From NCBI GenBank assembly GCA_038562515.1, contig JBCFBG010000001.1, forward strand, positions 17,310-81,309: a DNA stretch of 64,000 nucleotides. Reading direction: 5' to 3'. Both the position numbers and the translations under genes were made by a program. Position 1 is the stretch's first letter; every line of letters starts with the position of its first letter. Below, in pieces: positions 9,832-18,675 of this stretch. Below the pieces are notes generated by a model. The model was given only the letters and a program-made list of their open reading frames with translations. It did not search any database and was not told where the DNA came from. This DNA comes from Anaerolineaceae bacterium. Its GTDB lineage: Bacteria; Chloroflexota; Anaerolineae; Anaerolineales; Anaerolineaceae.

Positions 9832-10345
9832 CCTGCTCAATTTCCATTGCCTTGCGAACAGATTTTTCCTTCTGTTCATGAATTAGAATTCCCAACAACA
9901 TCAGGAAAACACCGACCGTCACACAGGAATCAGCCACATTAAAAACAGCAAAGCGACCCACAGATATAAAATCCGTCACAAAACCAAATCGTACGCGGTC
10001 AATAATGTTCCCAACCGCGCCAGCCAACAACAATCCCAAACTGATCTTAAAAACCAAGGGTTCTTCGTAGGATTTATGGTAATAAACGATGATCAAGACA
10101 GAAATAATGGTCGAAAGGATCAAAAGTGGAATGTTCGCGTTTTGAAAAATGCCGAAAGCTGCCCCAGTGTTTTGCCAATAGGTGAAACGGAAAAACGGCG
10201 CCAGGAACGCGATCGGGTAAATTTCTTCACCGAGTGCAATATTCTGCCTGACCAAACCCTTGCTCCATTGATCAAAAATTATGAAGGCCACTGCTATGCC
10301 AAATAACAGCAAGTAGTGACCCGTCCATTTTTTGCTTGAGCTCAT
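9812..10345 (-). CDS. lspA: lipoprotein signal peptidase II
   Basis: 177 aa, four TM segments. Motifs NTGAAFG and FNVADS. ATGA overlap with the ileS stop; ileS-lspA linkage is classical. Confidence 0.9.
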   Translation of the reverse strand: MSSSKKWTGHYLLLFGIAVAFIIFDQWSKGLVRQNIALGEEIYPIAFLAPFFRFTYWQNTGAAFGIFQNANIPLLILSTIISVLIIVYYHKSYEEPLVFKISLGLLLAGAVGNIIDRVRFGFVTDFISVGRFAVFNVADSCVTVGVFLMLLGILIHEQKEKSVRKAMEIEQDGTNEN

Positions 10346-13300
10346 CTGACCGCCTTTTCAAGTTTGAGGATCAGATCTTCGCCGTCAAAGTTATCCGTAA
10401 AGTTCCTGTCTTTCTCCAGTTTGATTTCCTTCAGTTCCAGTGCCAGTGTCTCGCTGGAGATGTATTCCCCATTTTCCTGAATCGCTTGGGCCAGTTCGGG
10501 CGTAGCCTGGTAAGAAATCAGAATTCGGTCAGCAATCTCAAAACCAGATGTTTTCCGCAAATCCTGGACTCTTCGCACGAATTCCCGCGCTAAACCCTCG
10601 TGGAACAGTTCCGGGGTTAGCATCGTGATCAATGCTGCCATGTAAGCCCCTTCTGTCGCGACCTCATAGCCTTCTTTGGAGGAAGTATGGACTTCCACCT
10701 CATCAGGCATAATTTCATAATATTTTTCGTCCACCTTGACAACCAGGTTTAATCCTTCCAGCAGTTTTAGAGCACTCTCCTGTGCCGGTAGATCCAGAAT
10801 CGCCTGGCGGACTCTCGGGCTTAGCGCACGATATTTCTGCCCCAGTTGTTTTGGCAGTGGATTGAGACTGTAGGTAACCGCCTCCTCATCACCGCCCAGC
10901 AATCGGACACGCTTAACATTCAGTTCGTCTTCCAGAATATCCTGAAAGCGTTCGATCACTTCACCTTCTTCTGCCTTGCCAACGGCAAAAGCAGCTTCAG
11001 AAAGTGGTTGGCGCACCTTGATATTGGATTTGTTTCGCGCTGAGTGACCCAATGACGCCAGTTTCATCACCAGGGTCATATCCCGGTTCAGGTTTTCATT
11101 AATCAATTTCTCATCAACCTTTGGCCATTCAGCCAGGTGAACAGAAATGGGAGCGTCTTCATCAACCGAAGTAACCAAATTGCGATAAATTGTCTCGGCC
11201 ATAAAGGGCATGGTCGGCGCAATTAGTTTGCTGACTGTCACCAGTGCCTTGTAGAGCGTCTCGTAAGCTGCTGCTTTGTCCGCATCTGATTCACTCTTCC
11301 AGAAGCGTCGTCGTGAGCGACGCAAATACCAATTGGAAAGATCGTCCACAAATTTCTCAATCGGGCGAGTTGCGCCAATAACGTCAAAACTTTCGTAAGC
11401 ATTAGTTACGTCACGTACCAGGGTTTCCAAAGAGGAAAGCAGCCAGTCATCCAGTTCTGAGAACTGTGGAATGATTGCTGAGTCAGGTGTCCAGTTATCC
11501 AGGTTGGCATAGGTAACAAAGAAGGAATAAGTATTCCAAAGAGTAAGCATAAAGCTGCGAACAACTTCACCCACAAGCTCCTTGCTGAAGCGGCGTTCAT
11601 TCCCTGGAGGGCTGGATGTGTACATGTACCAACGCATCGGATCCGCACCGTATTCATTAATCACATCCCAAGGGTCGATGACATTGCCACGGGATTTGGA
11701 CATTTTCTGCCCATTTTCGTCCATGATCAAACCAAGGCAGATGACATTTTTGTATGCAATGCTGTCCATCACAAGGCTGCTGATAGCATGAAGTGAGTAA
11801 AACCAACCGCGTGTCTGATCGACCGCTTCGCAGATGAAGTCAGCCGGAAATTGCGACTTGAACTCATCCAGATTTTCAAAAGGATAATGCCACTGAGCAT
11901 ATGGCATCGAACCGGAATCGAACCAGACATCGATCAATTCGATCACCCGTTTCATCTGTCCGTGCCCGCATTTCGGGCAGGGGAAACGGACCTCATCAAC
12001 GAAAGGACGGTGTAATTCGAGCTCGCTCAAGTCATGGTCAACCAAATCCGACAATTCCTGCCTGGAACCTACACAAACCTGGTGGCGGCAATCCGGACAC
12101 TCCCAAACAGGTAGTGGCGTACCCCAATAGCGGTTACGCCCTAATGCCCAATCGATATTGTTTTCCAACCAGTTCCCAAAACGACCATTCTTAATATGTT
12201 CTGGCACCCAATTGATTTCCTGGTTGAGCTGGACCATTCGATCCTTAACCGTACTGGTCTTGATGAACCAGGTTGGTCTTGCCATGTAAAGCAACGGTGT
12301 CTGGCAGCGCCAGCAAAACGGGTAGGTGTGGTTCAGCTTGCCAGCATGAAAGAGCAGACCCCTGTCATGAAGATCCTGGATAATGGAAGAATCGGCATCC
12401 TTGACAAAAACACCCGCCCAACTCTGAACCTGGCGTAAGAATCGGCCTTCGTCGTCGATGGTCATGATCAGAGGCAAGTCGTATTGTTTGGCAACCTCCA
12501 TATCCTCCATGCCAAAAGCAGGGGCGATGTGTACCAACCCGGTACCATCTTCGGTAGTAACGTAATCGGCGTTGACAATGTAGTGTGCTGGTTTCTCAAC
12601 AGGGAAAAAGGTAAACAAAGGCGCGTAACGTTTGCCTTTTAAAGACTTGCCTTTTATGGTTTTCAGGATTCTTACAGTTCGGTCAGCAAACACCTTCTCG
12701 ACCAGGTTTTTGGCAAGGATCAGTTTTTCTTCGCCCATACCGTCGGCAGTGATCACTGCATATTCCACATCAGGGTGTACCGCGACAGCAACATTCCCAG
12801 GCAGCGTCCAGGGGGTTGTAGTCCAGACCAACAAACTGGTATCTTCTTCATCAACCAGAGGGAAGCGCACAAAGATGCTCGGGTCTTCGGTATCCTCGTA
12901 GCCCAATGCGACTTCGTGGTCCGAAAGAGGCGTACCGCAGCGTGGGCAATAAGGGACAACTTTATGCCCCTGGTAGAGCAGCCCTTTATCCCAGATCGAT
13001 TTCAACAGCCACCAGACCGATTCGATATATTCATTGGTGTAGGTAACGTAAGCACGGTCTTTATCCACCCAGTATGCGATCCGGTCGGTCATGCGTTCCC
13101 AATCCTGGATACGCGAAAAAGCTGATTCACGGCAAAGCTTGTTAAACTCAGCGACGCCGTATTCCTCAATTTGGCTCTTGTGTGTGAAACCCAGCTGCTT
13201 TTCAACCTCGATCTCAACTGGCAGACCGTGAGTATCCCAACCTCCACGTCGATCAACAAAAAAGCCCTGCATGGTTTTATAGCGTGGGAACATATCCTTG

Positions 13301-13491
13301 AAAGCTCTCGCCAAAACATGATGTACACCGGGCTTTCCGTTGGCAGTAGGAGGACCTTCGAAGATCACAAAAGGCGGACGGTCCTTGCGGTCATCTGAAG
13401 AGCGCTTGAAAATATCATGCGATTTCCAGAAGCGCAGTTGAGTTTCCTCTTCCGAAGGAATATTGAGTCTGGATGAAACTGGTTTAAACAT
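10342..13491 (-). CDS. ileS: isoleucine--tRNA ligase
   Basis: HIGH-type GKPGVHHVLAR, KMSKS, and Zn-finger CxxC pairs. ATG 13491 (MFKPVSS) is preferred, with GGAGG upstream. The ORF-track extension to 13563 runs into the T-box terminator. Confidence 0.95.
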   Translation of the reverse strand: MFKPVSSRLNIPSEEETQLRFWKSHDIFKRSSDDRKDRPPFVIFEGPPTANGKPGVHHVLARAFKDMFPRYKTMQGFFVDRRGGWDTHGLPVEIEVEKQLGFTHKSQIEEYGVAEFNKLCRESAFSRIQDWERMTDRIAYWVDKDRAYVTYTNEYIESVWWLLKSIWDKGLLYQGHKVVPYCPRCGTPLSDHEVALGYEDTEDPSIFVRFPLVDEEDTSLLVWTTTPWTLPGNVAVAVHPDVEYAVITADGMGEEKLILAKNLVEKVFADRTVRILKTIKGKSLKGKRYAPLFTFFPVEKPAHYIVNADYVTTEDGTGLVHIAPAFGMEDMEVAKQYDLPLIMTIDDEGRFLRQVQSWAGVFVKDADSSIIQDLHDRGLLFHAGKLNHTYPFCWRCQTPLLYMARPTWFIKTSTVKDRMVQLNQEINWVPEHIKNGRFGNWLENNIDWALGRNRYWGTPLPVWECPDCRHQVCVGSRQELSDLVDHDLSELELHRPFVDEVRFPCPKCGHGQMKRVIELIDVWFDSGSMPYAQWHYPFENLDEFKSQFPADFICEAVDQTRGWFYSLHAISSLVMDSIAYKNVICLGLIMDENGQKMSKSRGNVIDPWDVINEYGADPMRWYMYTSSPPGNERRFSKELVGEVVRSFMLTLWNTYSFFVTYANLDNWTPDSAIIPQFSELDDWLLSSLETLVRDVTNAYESFDVIGATRPIEKFVDDLSNWYLRRSRRRFWKSESDADKAAAYETLYKALVTVSKLIAPTMPFMAETIYRNLVTSVDEDAPISVHLAEWPKVDEKLINENLNRDMTLVMKLASLGHSARNKSNIKVRQPLSEAAFAVGKAEEGEVIERFQDILEDELNVKRVRLLGGDEEAVTYSLNPLPKQLGQKYRALSPRVRQAILDLPAQESALKLLEGLNLVVKVDEKYYEIMPDEVEVHTSSKEGYEVATEGAYMAALITMLTPELFHEGLAREFVRRVQDLRKTSGFEIADRILISYQATPELAQAIQENGEYISSETLALELKEIKLEKDRNFTDNFDGEDLILKLEKAVR

Positions 13492-13513
13492 ACAACCTCC
13501 AATAAAGATCAAA

Positions 13514-13543
13514 TAAAAAAAGCCCGCCCCAACAGGGACGAGC
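13514..13543 (-). terminator. intrinsic terminator of the ileS T-box leader
   Basis: Minus strand reads GCUCGUCCC-UGUU-GGGGCGGGC followed by UUUUUUU. It lies immediately 3' of the T-box sequence. Confidence 0.8.
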
Positions 13544-13750
13544 CAATTAGCTCGCGGTACCACCCCGCTTCCTGATCGAAACCAGGCGCTTGGTGCCCCT
13601 GTAACGGAGGGCGTTCGGCTCGCTTACTACCCAAAAGTTTGTTCAGCGTGCGGCTCAGGAAGGATTTTCATTCAATCGTTTCCACCCGGCTTCCACCATC
13701 CCGGGCTCGCTAATGGACAGCATCAAATTACTCGTTTCCGTCACAGCTTG
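13514..13750 (-). promoter_or_regulatory. T-box riboswitch leader upstream of ileS
   Basis: Minus strand contains the conserved T-box GGUGGUACCGCG (plus-strand 13553-13564) just 5' of the terminator. A Stem-I distal-like CCCGGGAUGGUGGAAGCCGGG is present. Extended -10 TGATAGAAT lies at 13758-13766. Confidence 0.8.
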
Positions 13751-13917
13751 AACAATTATTCTATCATAATTTTCGTAAGAGAGATATTTTATCGAGCAAA
13801 CCCGCATAAATGGTTTCCATGCAACCTCATCCACGGGAGACCGTCATAGATGACTGAAAGCGGCAATCTCATCCTGGCTATTCGATTAAACAAAAGAACC
13901 CTTGCGGGTTCTTGGTG

Positions 13918-13990
13918 GGTGCCTGGAGGGGGTCGAACCCTCAACATCTTCATCCACAGTGAAGCACTCTGCCATTGAGCTACAGGCACC
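13918..13990 (-). tRNA. tRNA-His (GUG)
   Basis: Hand-folded cloverleaf. Anticodon arm CTTCA-CTGTGGA-TGAAG, T arm GAGGG-TTCGACC-CCCTC. Encoded G-1 pairs with C73. CCA is not encoded. Confidence 0.85.
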
Positions 13991-14061
13991 ATGTTAGGCG
14001 GCTATTCTAACACAAGCCCAAATGGACTGCAAGCCAGATTTCCACCCGTTTTTACCAATGA

Positions 14062-15315
14062 TTACTTAATAATCGAACTCAAATCCTTCCTCGAAATCGA
14101 TCTCTGTTCGAAAGTGCCCAGGTCTTTGACGACGATGGTTCCATTTGCCAGTTCATCAGGACCCAAGACCAAAGCAAATTTGACGCCCAATCGGTCTGCA
14201 AGCTTGAACTGTTTTGTGAGCTTATCTGGCTCTGCTAAAATCACATAAAAACCATTCTCTCGGACGTCGGTTGCCAGTCTGATCGACTCAACCAGCATTT
14301 CCTCATTGAACACGGTTACAAAAACGGTGTCCGGGTAGCTGAGGTCAGCAGGGAGTAGGCCATACGCTTCTAAAACCAGCGTAATGACCACATCGCCCAT
14401 GGCAAAGCCAACCCCAGGTAAAGGCTGTCCACCCACATCTGCCACCAGGTTGGCATAATGCCCGCCGCCCAGGATCGCCCTGAATTCGCCTTTGACTTCG
14501 TGTGCCTCAAACACCAAACCAGTGTAATAATCCAAGCCGCGGATTATCTTTGGCTCATACATTATGTACTCACCAACACCCAACGCCTTGATGTATTCGA
14601 ACAGCAGGCTGAGTTCTTCCGATTCTTTCCATAGTTGGGTATTGGCAAGCAGAGCTCTGATGGAAACAATCTGATCTGCGCTCAAACCGAGGTCAGCCAC
14701 ATTTTTCTCCCAAACATCGGAAGGTTGTTTATCGATTCGATCTATCATGCGGAGCAAATCAGGTTTTGTATCACTGCTTATGCCAATTTCGGTTAGTTTT
14801 CGGTCCATCAAACGACGGTCATTGACCAAAATCTGGACCATGTCACTTTTCAGACCTACCAACTTGAGGAAGTTGGCTGCAACTGCCAGTAATTCCGCAT
14901 CCGCCTGGATGGCATCACTGCCAATCAGGTCGATATTCCATTGATAGAACTCCCGGGTACGGCCTTTCTGTGGGCGTTCATAGCGCCAGAACGGTCCAAA
15001 TGCCCACCATCGTAAAGGAAGAACCAGTTGGTTTTGCTGGTTTGCGACCATGCGTGCCAGGGTTGGTGTCAGCTCTGGACGAAGTGTGATCGGGTCACCT
15101 CCCCGGTCTTCAAACACGAAGGCTTGTTCCTTCACCAACTCCTCGCCCGATTTTGCTGCATACAGCTCAATGGTTTCAAGACAAGGACCCTCATAACGTC
15201 GGTAACCAAACGATTCCGAGGCCGTTTTCAGCTTCTCAACCAGCCAGTCACGTCTTGCCATTTCATCCGGGTAAAAGTCCCGCGTACCTTTAACACTTTT
15301 AATAATATTTTTCAT
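14062..15315 (-). CDS. hisS: histidine--tRNA ligase
   Basis: KGTRDFYP and class II motif 2 RYERPQKGRTREFYQ. MKNIIKS start at 15315 is preferred over the ORF-track 15381. Confidence 0.9.
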   Translation of the reverse strand: MKNIIKSVKGTRDFYPDEMARRDWLVEKLKTASESFGYRRYEGPCLETIELYAAKSGEELVKEQAFVFEDRGGDPITLRPELTPTLARMVANQQNQLVLPLRWWAFGPFWRYERPQKGRTREFYQWNIDLIGSDAIQADAELLAVAANFLKLVGLKSDMVQILVNDRRLMDRKLTEIGISSDTKPDLLRMIDRIDKQPSDVWEKNVADLGLSADQIVSIRALLANTQLWKESEELSLLFEYIKALGVGEYIMYEPKIIRGLDYYTGLVFEAHEVKGEFRAILGGGHYANLVADVGGQPLPGVGFAMGDVVITLVLEAYGLLPADLSYPDTVFVTVFNEEMLVESIRLATDVRENGFYVILAEPDKLTKQFKLADRLGVKFALVLGPDELANGTIVVKDLGTFEQRSISRKDLSSIIK

Positions 15316-15399
15316 AGGAGTCCAACCTCGAGTTTTAATCAATAGTAGTATAACATGCGGGTATCGTGTAAAATTAATCATTCAAACGAGAACAGAGGA

Positions 15400-15777
15400 A
15401 TGATTATGAATATTGGTGAAATTGCCGTTATTGTCGAGGGAAAGATCCTAACTGAAGGTGTAAACACCAATCTGGAGGTCGGAGGAGCATTCACAGGGGA
15501 TTTAATGAGTGATGTTCTGGCAACGATCAAGCCCGAAGCGATATTAATCACCGGTCTGAACAACCCCCAGGTCATTCGTACAGCTTTAATTGCTGATGTC
15601 CGTATGGTCATCATCGCCAGGGGGAAGCACCCTTCAATAGAAATGGTTGAACTGGCAAGAAGCGAAGGCATGCCTTTAGTCAGCTCTCCATTGGGTTTGT
15701 TTGAGCTCTCTGCCCGGCTGGCTGAAAACAATATTGTCAGTTTTGAGCAAGAATTCGATTTATCAAAATATGATTAA
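15400..15777 (+). CDS. DRTGG domain protein
   Basis: About 125 aa with AGAGGA RBS. Typical DRTGG-domain stretch ILITGLNNPQVIRTALIADVRMVIIARG. Start is 15400 or 15406. Confidence 0.65.
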   Translation: MIMNIGEIAVIVEGKILTEGVNTNLEVGGAFTGDLMSDVLATIKPEAILITGLNNPQVIRTALIADVRMVIIARGKHPSIEMVELARSEGMPLVSSPLGLFELSARLAENNIVSFEQEFDLSKYD

Positions 15778-15790
15778 CCGGTAGAAGACT

Positions 15791-16774
15791 ATGAGCGGCC
15801 AGGGATTCCTATCAGATTCTTCCGCAGGCAGAATCACTCGGGTTGAAGAGCTTGCCTACGAGTTGACCATCGCTGAGGTGATGACCAGGAATCCCATTAC
15901 GCTTGATATTAATGCGAGCATGCGCGACGCGCTCGACCTGATCGGAAAAAACAAGATCTCCGGCGCTCCTGTAACAAGAGATGGCAAGTTGATCGGCATC
16001 CTTTCCACAGAAGATTTGATACGTTCCCTTCGGGATGGACGGATTGACAGAAAAGTCACAGTCTACATGACTCAGAATGTGATCACTGTCCACGAGTATG
16101 ACCAGGTTGTGGAAGCTTTAAAGATATTTGCCAAGACCAAGGTTGGTCGGCTCCCTGTAGTGGACATTAACAACAAGCTAATCGGAATTCTGACCAAAGG
16201 TGATATCTCCAATGGCGTGCTCAATGCCCTCCAACGGGATTTCGAGGCAGAAGAGCTGATACGATACCGTGCATCCCATCTCTTCGAGGACATCGTCTCT
16301 GACAGAACCAGTTTGATACTTCGTTACACGATCAAAAAGGATGACTTTTTGCATGGCGGTGCTGCTTCCAACCGCATTAAAAAAGCACTTTTACGATTAG
16401 GTGCCTCCAGCCAAATTGCCCGTAAGTGCGGTATCGCTGTTTACGAAGCAGAGATGAACCTCATTATCCACACTAACAATGGAGGATTCCTCAGGGTGGA
16501 GGTTGAAGAAAACAAAATCATTATGGAAGCTTACGATGACGGACCTGGCATCCCGGATATTGAAAAAGCTTTGACCCCCGGCTGGTCCACAGCAAGTTCG
16601 GAGGTTCGTAACAAGGGCTTTGGTGCTGGCATGGGTCTGGTGAACATCAATAACTGTGTCGACGAAATGATTATCAAATCATCCAAGGAAAGTGGGACAA
16701 ATTTATACATGATCATGGATCTCGACAAAGCATCCAAACAGGAATTAACAAATGGATCTACAAACAATAATTGA
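15791..16774 (+). CDS. tandem-CBS protein fused to a GHKL (RsbW/SpoIIAB-like) kinase/ATPase domain
   Basis: 327 aa. Two CBS repeats (AEVMTRNPITL.., MTQNVITV..). C-terminal EAEMNLIIHT, DDGPGIPD and GFGAGMGL resemble anti-sigma-type Ser kinases. Confidence 0.7.
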   Translation: MSGQGFLSDSSAGRITRVEELAYELTIAEVMTRNPITLDINASMRDALDLIGKNKISGAPVTRDGKLIGILSTEDLIRSLRDGRIDRKVTVYMTQNVITVHEYDQVVEALKIFAKTKVGRLPVVDINNKLIGILTKGDISNGVLNALQRDFEAEELIRYRASHLFEDIVSDRTSLILRYTIKKDDFLHGGAASNRIKKALLRLGASSQIARKCGIAVYEAEMNLIIHTNNGGFLRVEVEENKIIMEAYDDGPGIPDIEKALTPGWSTASSEVRNKGFGAGMGLVNINNCVDEMIIKSSKESGTNLYMIMDLDKASKQELTNGSTNNN

Positions 16775-17096
16775 AGCTCTCGATTTGACGCTTCTTACGG
16801 AAAAAAGAGATTTTTGTCATGCTCATATCGCTTCCGCCTATATGTCTGACTTGCTCAGTTGTGTCATGACTGGCGCAAAACCCCACAGCGTTTGGGTCAC
16901 ATTGATTGCTAACATAAATATTGTTGCTGTTGCCAGCCTGCTTGAGATCTCGGCAATCATTATCACCGAAGACGCACAGCCAAATCAGGATACGATAGAT
17001 CGCGCAAATATGGAAGGAATCGTCCTACTCTCTACGAAAGACAGTAGTTACAATGTAGCGGGGCACCTCTGGGATTTAGGAATTAAGGATCATTGA
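16752..17096 (+). CDS. DRTGG domain protein (second copy)
   Basis: 114 aa. Overlaps the preceding gene by 23 nt. MSDLLSCV....VWVTLIANINIVAVASL pattern resembles the 15400 gene. Confidence 0.6.
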   Translation: MDLQTIIEALDLTLLTEKRDFCHAHIASAYMSDLLSCVMTGAKPHSVWVTLIANINIVAVASLLEISAIIITEDAQPNQDTIDRANMEGIVLLSTKDSSYNVAGHLWDLGIKDH

Positions 17097-17099
17097 ACA

Positions 17100-17816
17100 A
17101 TGTCAATCCACCGAATGGAACTGCACGTTCATTCTGTACTTTCACCCTGTGCGAGCCTGGAGATGCTTCCCCCTTTTATCATTGAGAAAGCCTTGAATAC
17201 CGGGATAGATATCGTTGCCCTGACCGATCACAACAGCATTCTGAATGTGCAGGCTATGCTCGAAGCAGCCCAAGGAACCAGCGTCAAGATCATTCCCGGT
17301 ATCGAACTTGAGACAGCTGAAGAGATCCATGTGCTATGTCTGTTTGATACTCTTGCTCAACTTCAGGATTTTGGAAAAATCGTGGACAGTAACCTCCCTG
17401 ACTATAAGAACAATGATGAATTTTTTGGTTGCCAATTAGTGGTAGACAAAGATGGTGCTTTTATACGAAAAGAAGAACGCTTACTCCATACCGCCTCAAG
17501 ACTCTCAATTTTCCAAGCACAGAAGGAAGTACACAAATTGGGAGGATTGTTTATCCCAGCCCACGTAGAACGGGAAGAAAATGGGATGCTTCCACGCCTG
17601 GGCGGAATGCCACCAGAGCTAAATCTCTCAATCGTTGAAATTTCCAGTTACGAAAGCATCCCGTCCGTACGGAAAACATGGCCAGATCTAAAGACCATCC
17701 ACATTATCAAAAATGGAGACGCACACGACCTGGATGGAATGGTTGGGGCGACAATACTCGAAATTGACGAAATCACAATCGCGAACCTTGAACGGGCAAT
17801 ATTGGAACAAACCTAA
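17100..17816 (+). CDS. PHP-domain phosphoesterase
   Basis: 238 aa. MELHVHSVLSPCA and VALTDHNS metal-binding motifs of the PHP family. Confidence 0.75.
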   Translation: MSIHRMELHVHSVLSPCASLEMLPPFIIEKALNTGIDIVALTDHNSILNVQAMLEAAQGTSVKIIPGIELETAEEIHVLCLFDTLAQLQDFGKIVDSNLPDYKNNDEFFGCQLVVDKDGAFIRKEERLLHTASRLSIFQAQKEVHKLGGLFIPAHVEREENGMLPRLGGMPPELNLSIVEISSYESIPSVRKTWPDLKTIHIIKNGDAHDLDGMVGATILEIDEITIANLERAILEQT

Positions 17817-18169
17817 TTTGTTCCTGTCGACCTGAGCAATGCAGCAATCTGAGTTGTGATTCTCCATCAGGCAACTTATGGAATTTGTGATTGTCATGAA
17901 AGTAGCTATGTAATATACTTGGTTGTGTCACAACTTTCATAACAATTCCTGGCTGTTGAGATTCCATAAAGGACTTAAGCCGGTTGAAATCTATTCTTTC
18001 GTTTCACAAACTCTATCGTCCCGCCAGATCAAAGGATCTGTATTTTTCCCATGTCTATTGTACAAAGAAAACTACCCCCAACCATCCTACGGATTTTTGT
18101 CATATTCTGGGTTGACGTTTCGCCCAAATTAAATCGATTTGATCAGCCAAGCTATCAACGGGAGAATTT

Positions 18170-18667
18170 ATGGACAATGCAAACAACCAACAAAAATCTA
18201 CTTATGAACATCCGGGAGCAATTCAGGAAATTCGCGATATTGTCCTGGAAACCGGACAAAGCAAAGATGCCCTCATCGCGGTCCTAAAGAAAGTAGCTGA
18301 CCGCTTCGGGTACATCTCAAACGCCGCCGTCCAGGAGATTAGTCGTCAGACTTCCATTTCAGCAGGCGATATTTTCTCTGTGGCAACATTTTACCGAATG
18401 CTGCCCACCACTCAACGCGGTCGGCATGTTATCGAATTTTGCGAAAGTCTTCCTTGTCACGTTGTGGGAGGACGCGAGTTATATCGTGCTTTAGTAGAAC
18501 AGCTTGGCGTGCAACCAGGAGAAACTAGTGCTGATGGCAGGTTTACGCTGCTTACCACCAGTTGCCTGGGAGTTTGCGAAGTTGGTCCCGTCCTTTCGAT
18601 CGACAACAATATCCACGGAAATCTCAGTGCTGAAACCCTGCCTGAAATTCTCCAAAAGTACGAATAG
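18170..18667 (+). CDS. NuoE-like 2Fe-2S flavoprotein small subunit (pair 1)
   Basis: 165 aa. CESLPC...CLGVCEVGP is the thioredoxin-like 2Fe-2S motif of NuoE/HydC/FdsG. Confidence 0.85.
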   Translation: MDNANNQQKSTYEHPGAIQEIRDIVLETGQSKDALIAVLKKVADRFGYISNAAVQEISRQTSISAGDIFSVATFYRMLPTTQRGRHVIEFCESLPCHVVGGRELYRALVEQLGVQPGETSADGRFTLLTTSCLGVCEVGPVLSIDNNIHGNLSAETLPEILQKYE

Positions 18668-18675
18668 GAGCTCTG

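Noticed and set aside
13492-13563. N-terminal 24-codon extension of ileS in the ORF track (likewise hisS to 15381, sufC to 41557, mreD to 58118, hypA from 29073)
   Set aside because: The extensions run through regulatory RNA, promoter sequence or the preceding gene. Internal ATGs with good RBSs give canonical N-termini.
13789-13992. 67-aa ORF on the minus strand
   Set aside because: It is occupied by the tRNA-His gene (13918-13990).
15316-15399. T-box or other leader upstream of hisS
   Set aside because: The divergent spacer is only about 85 nt and lacks the GGUGGUACCGCG motif or a terminator.
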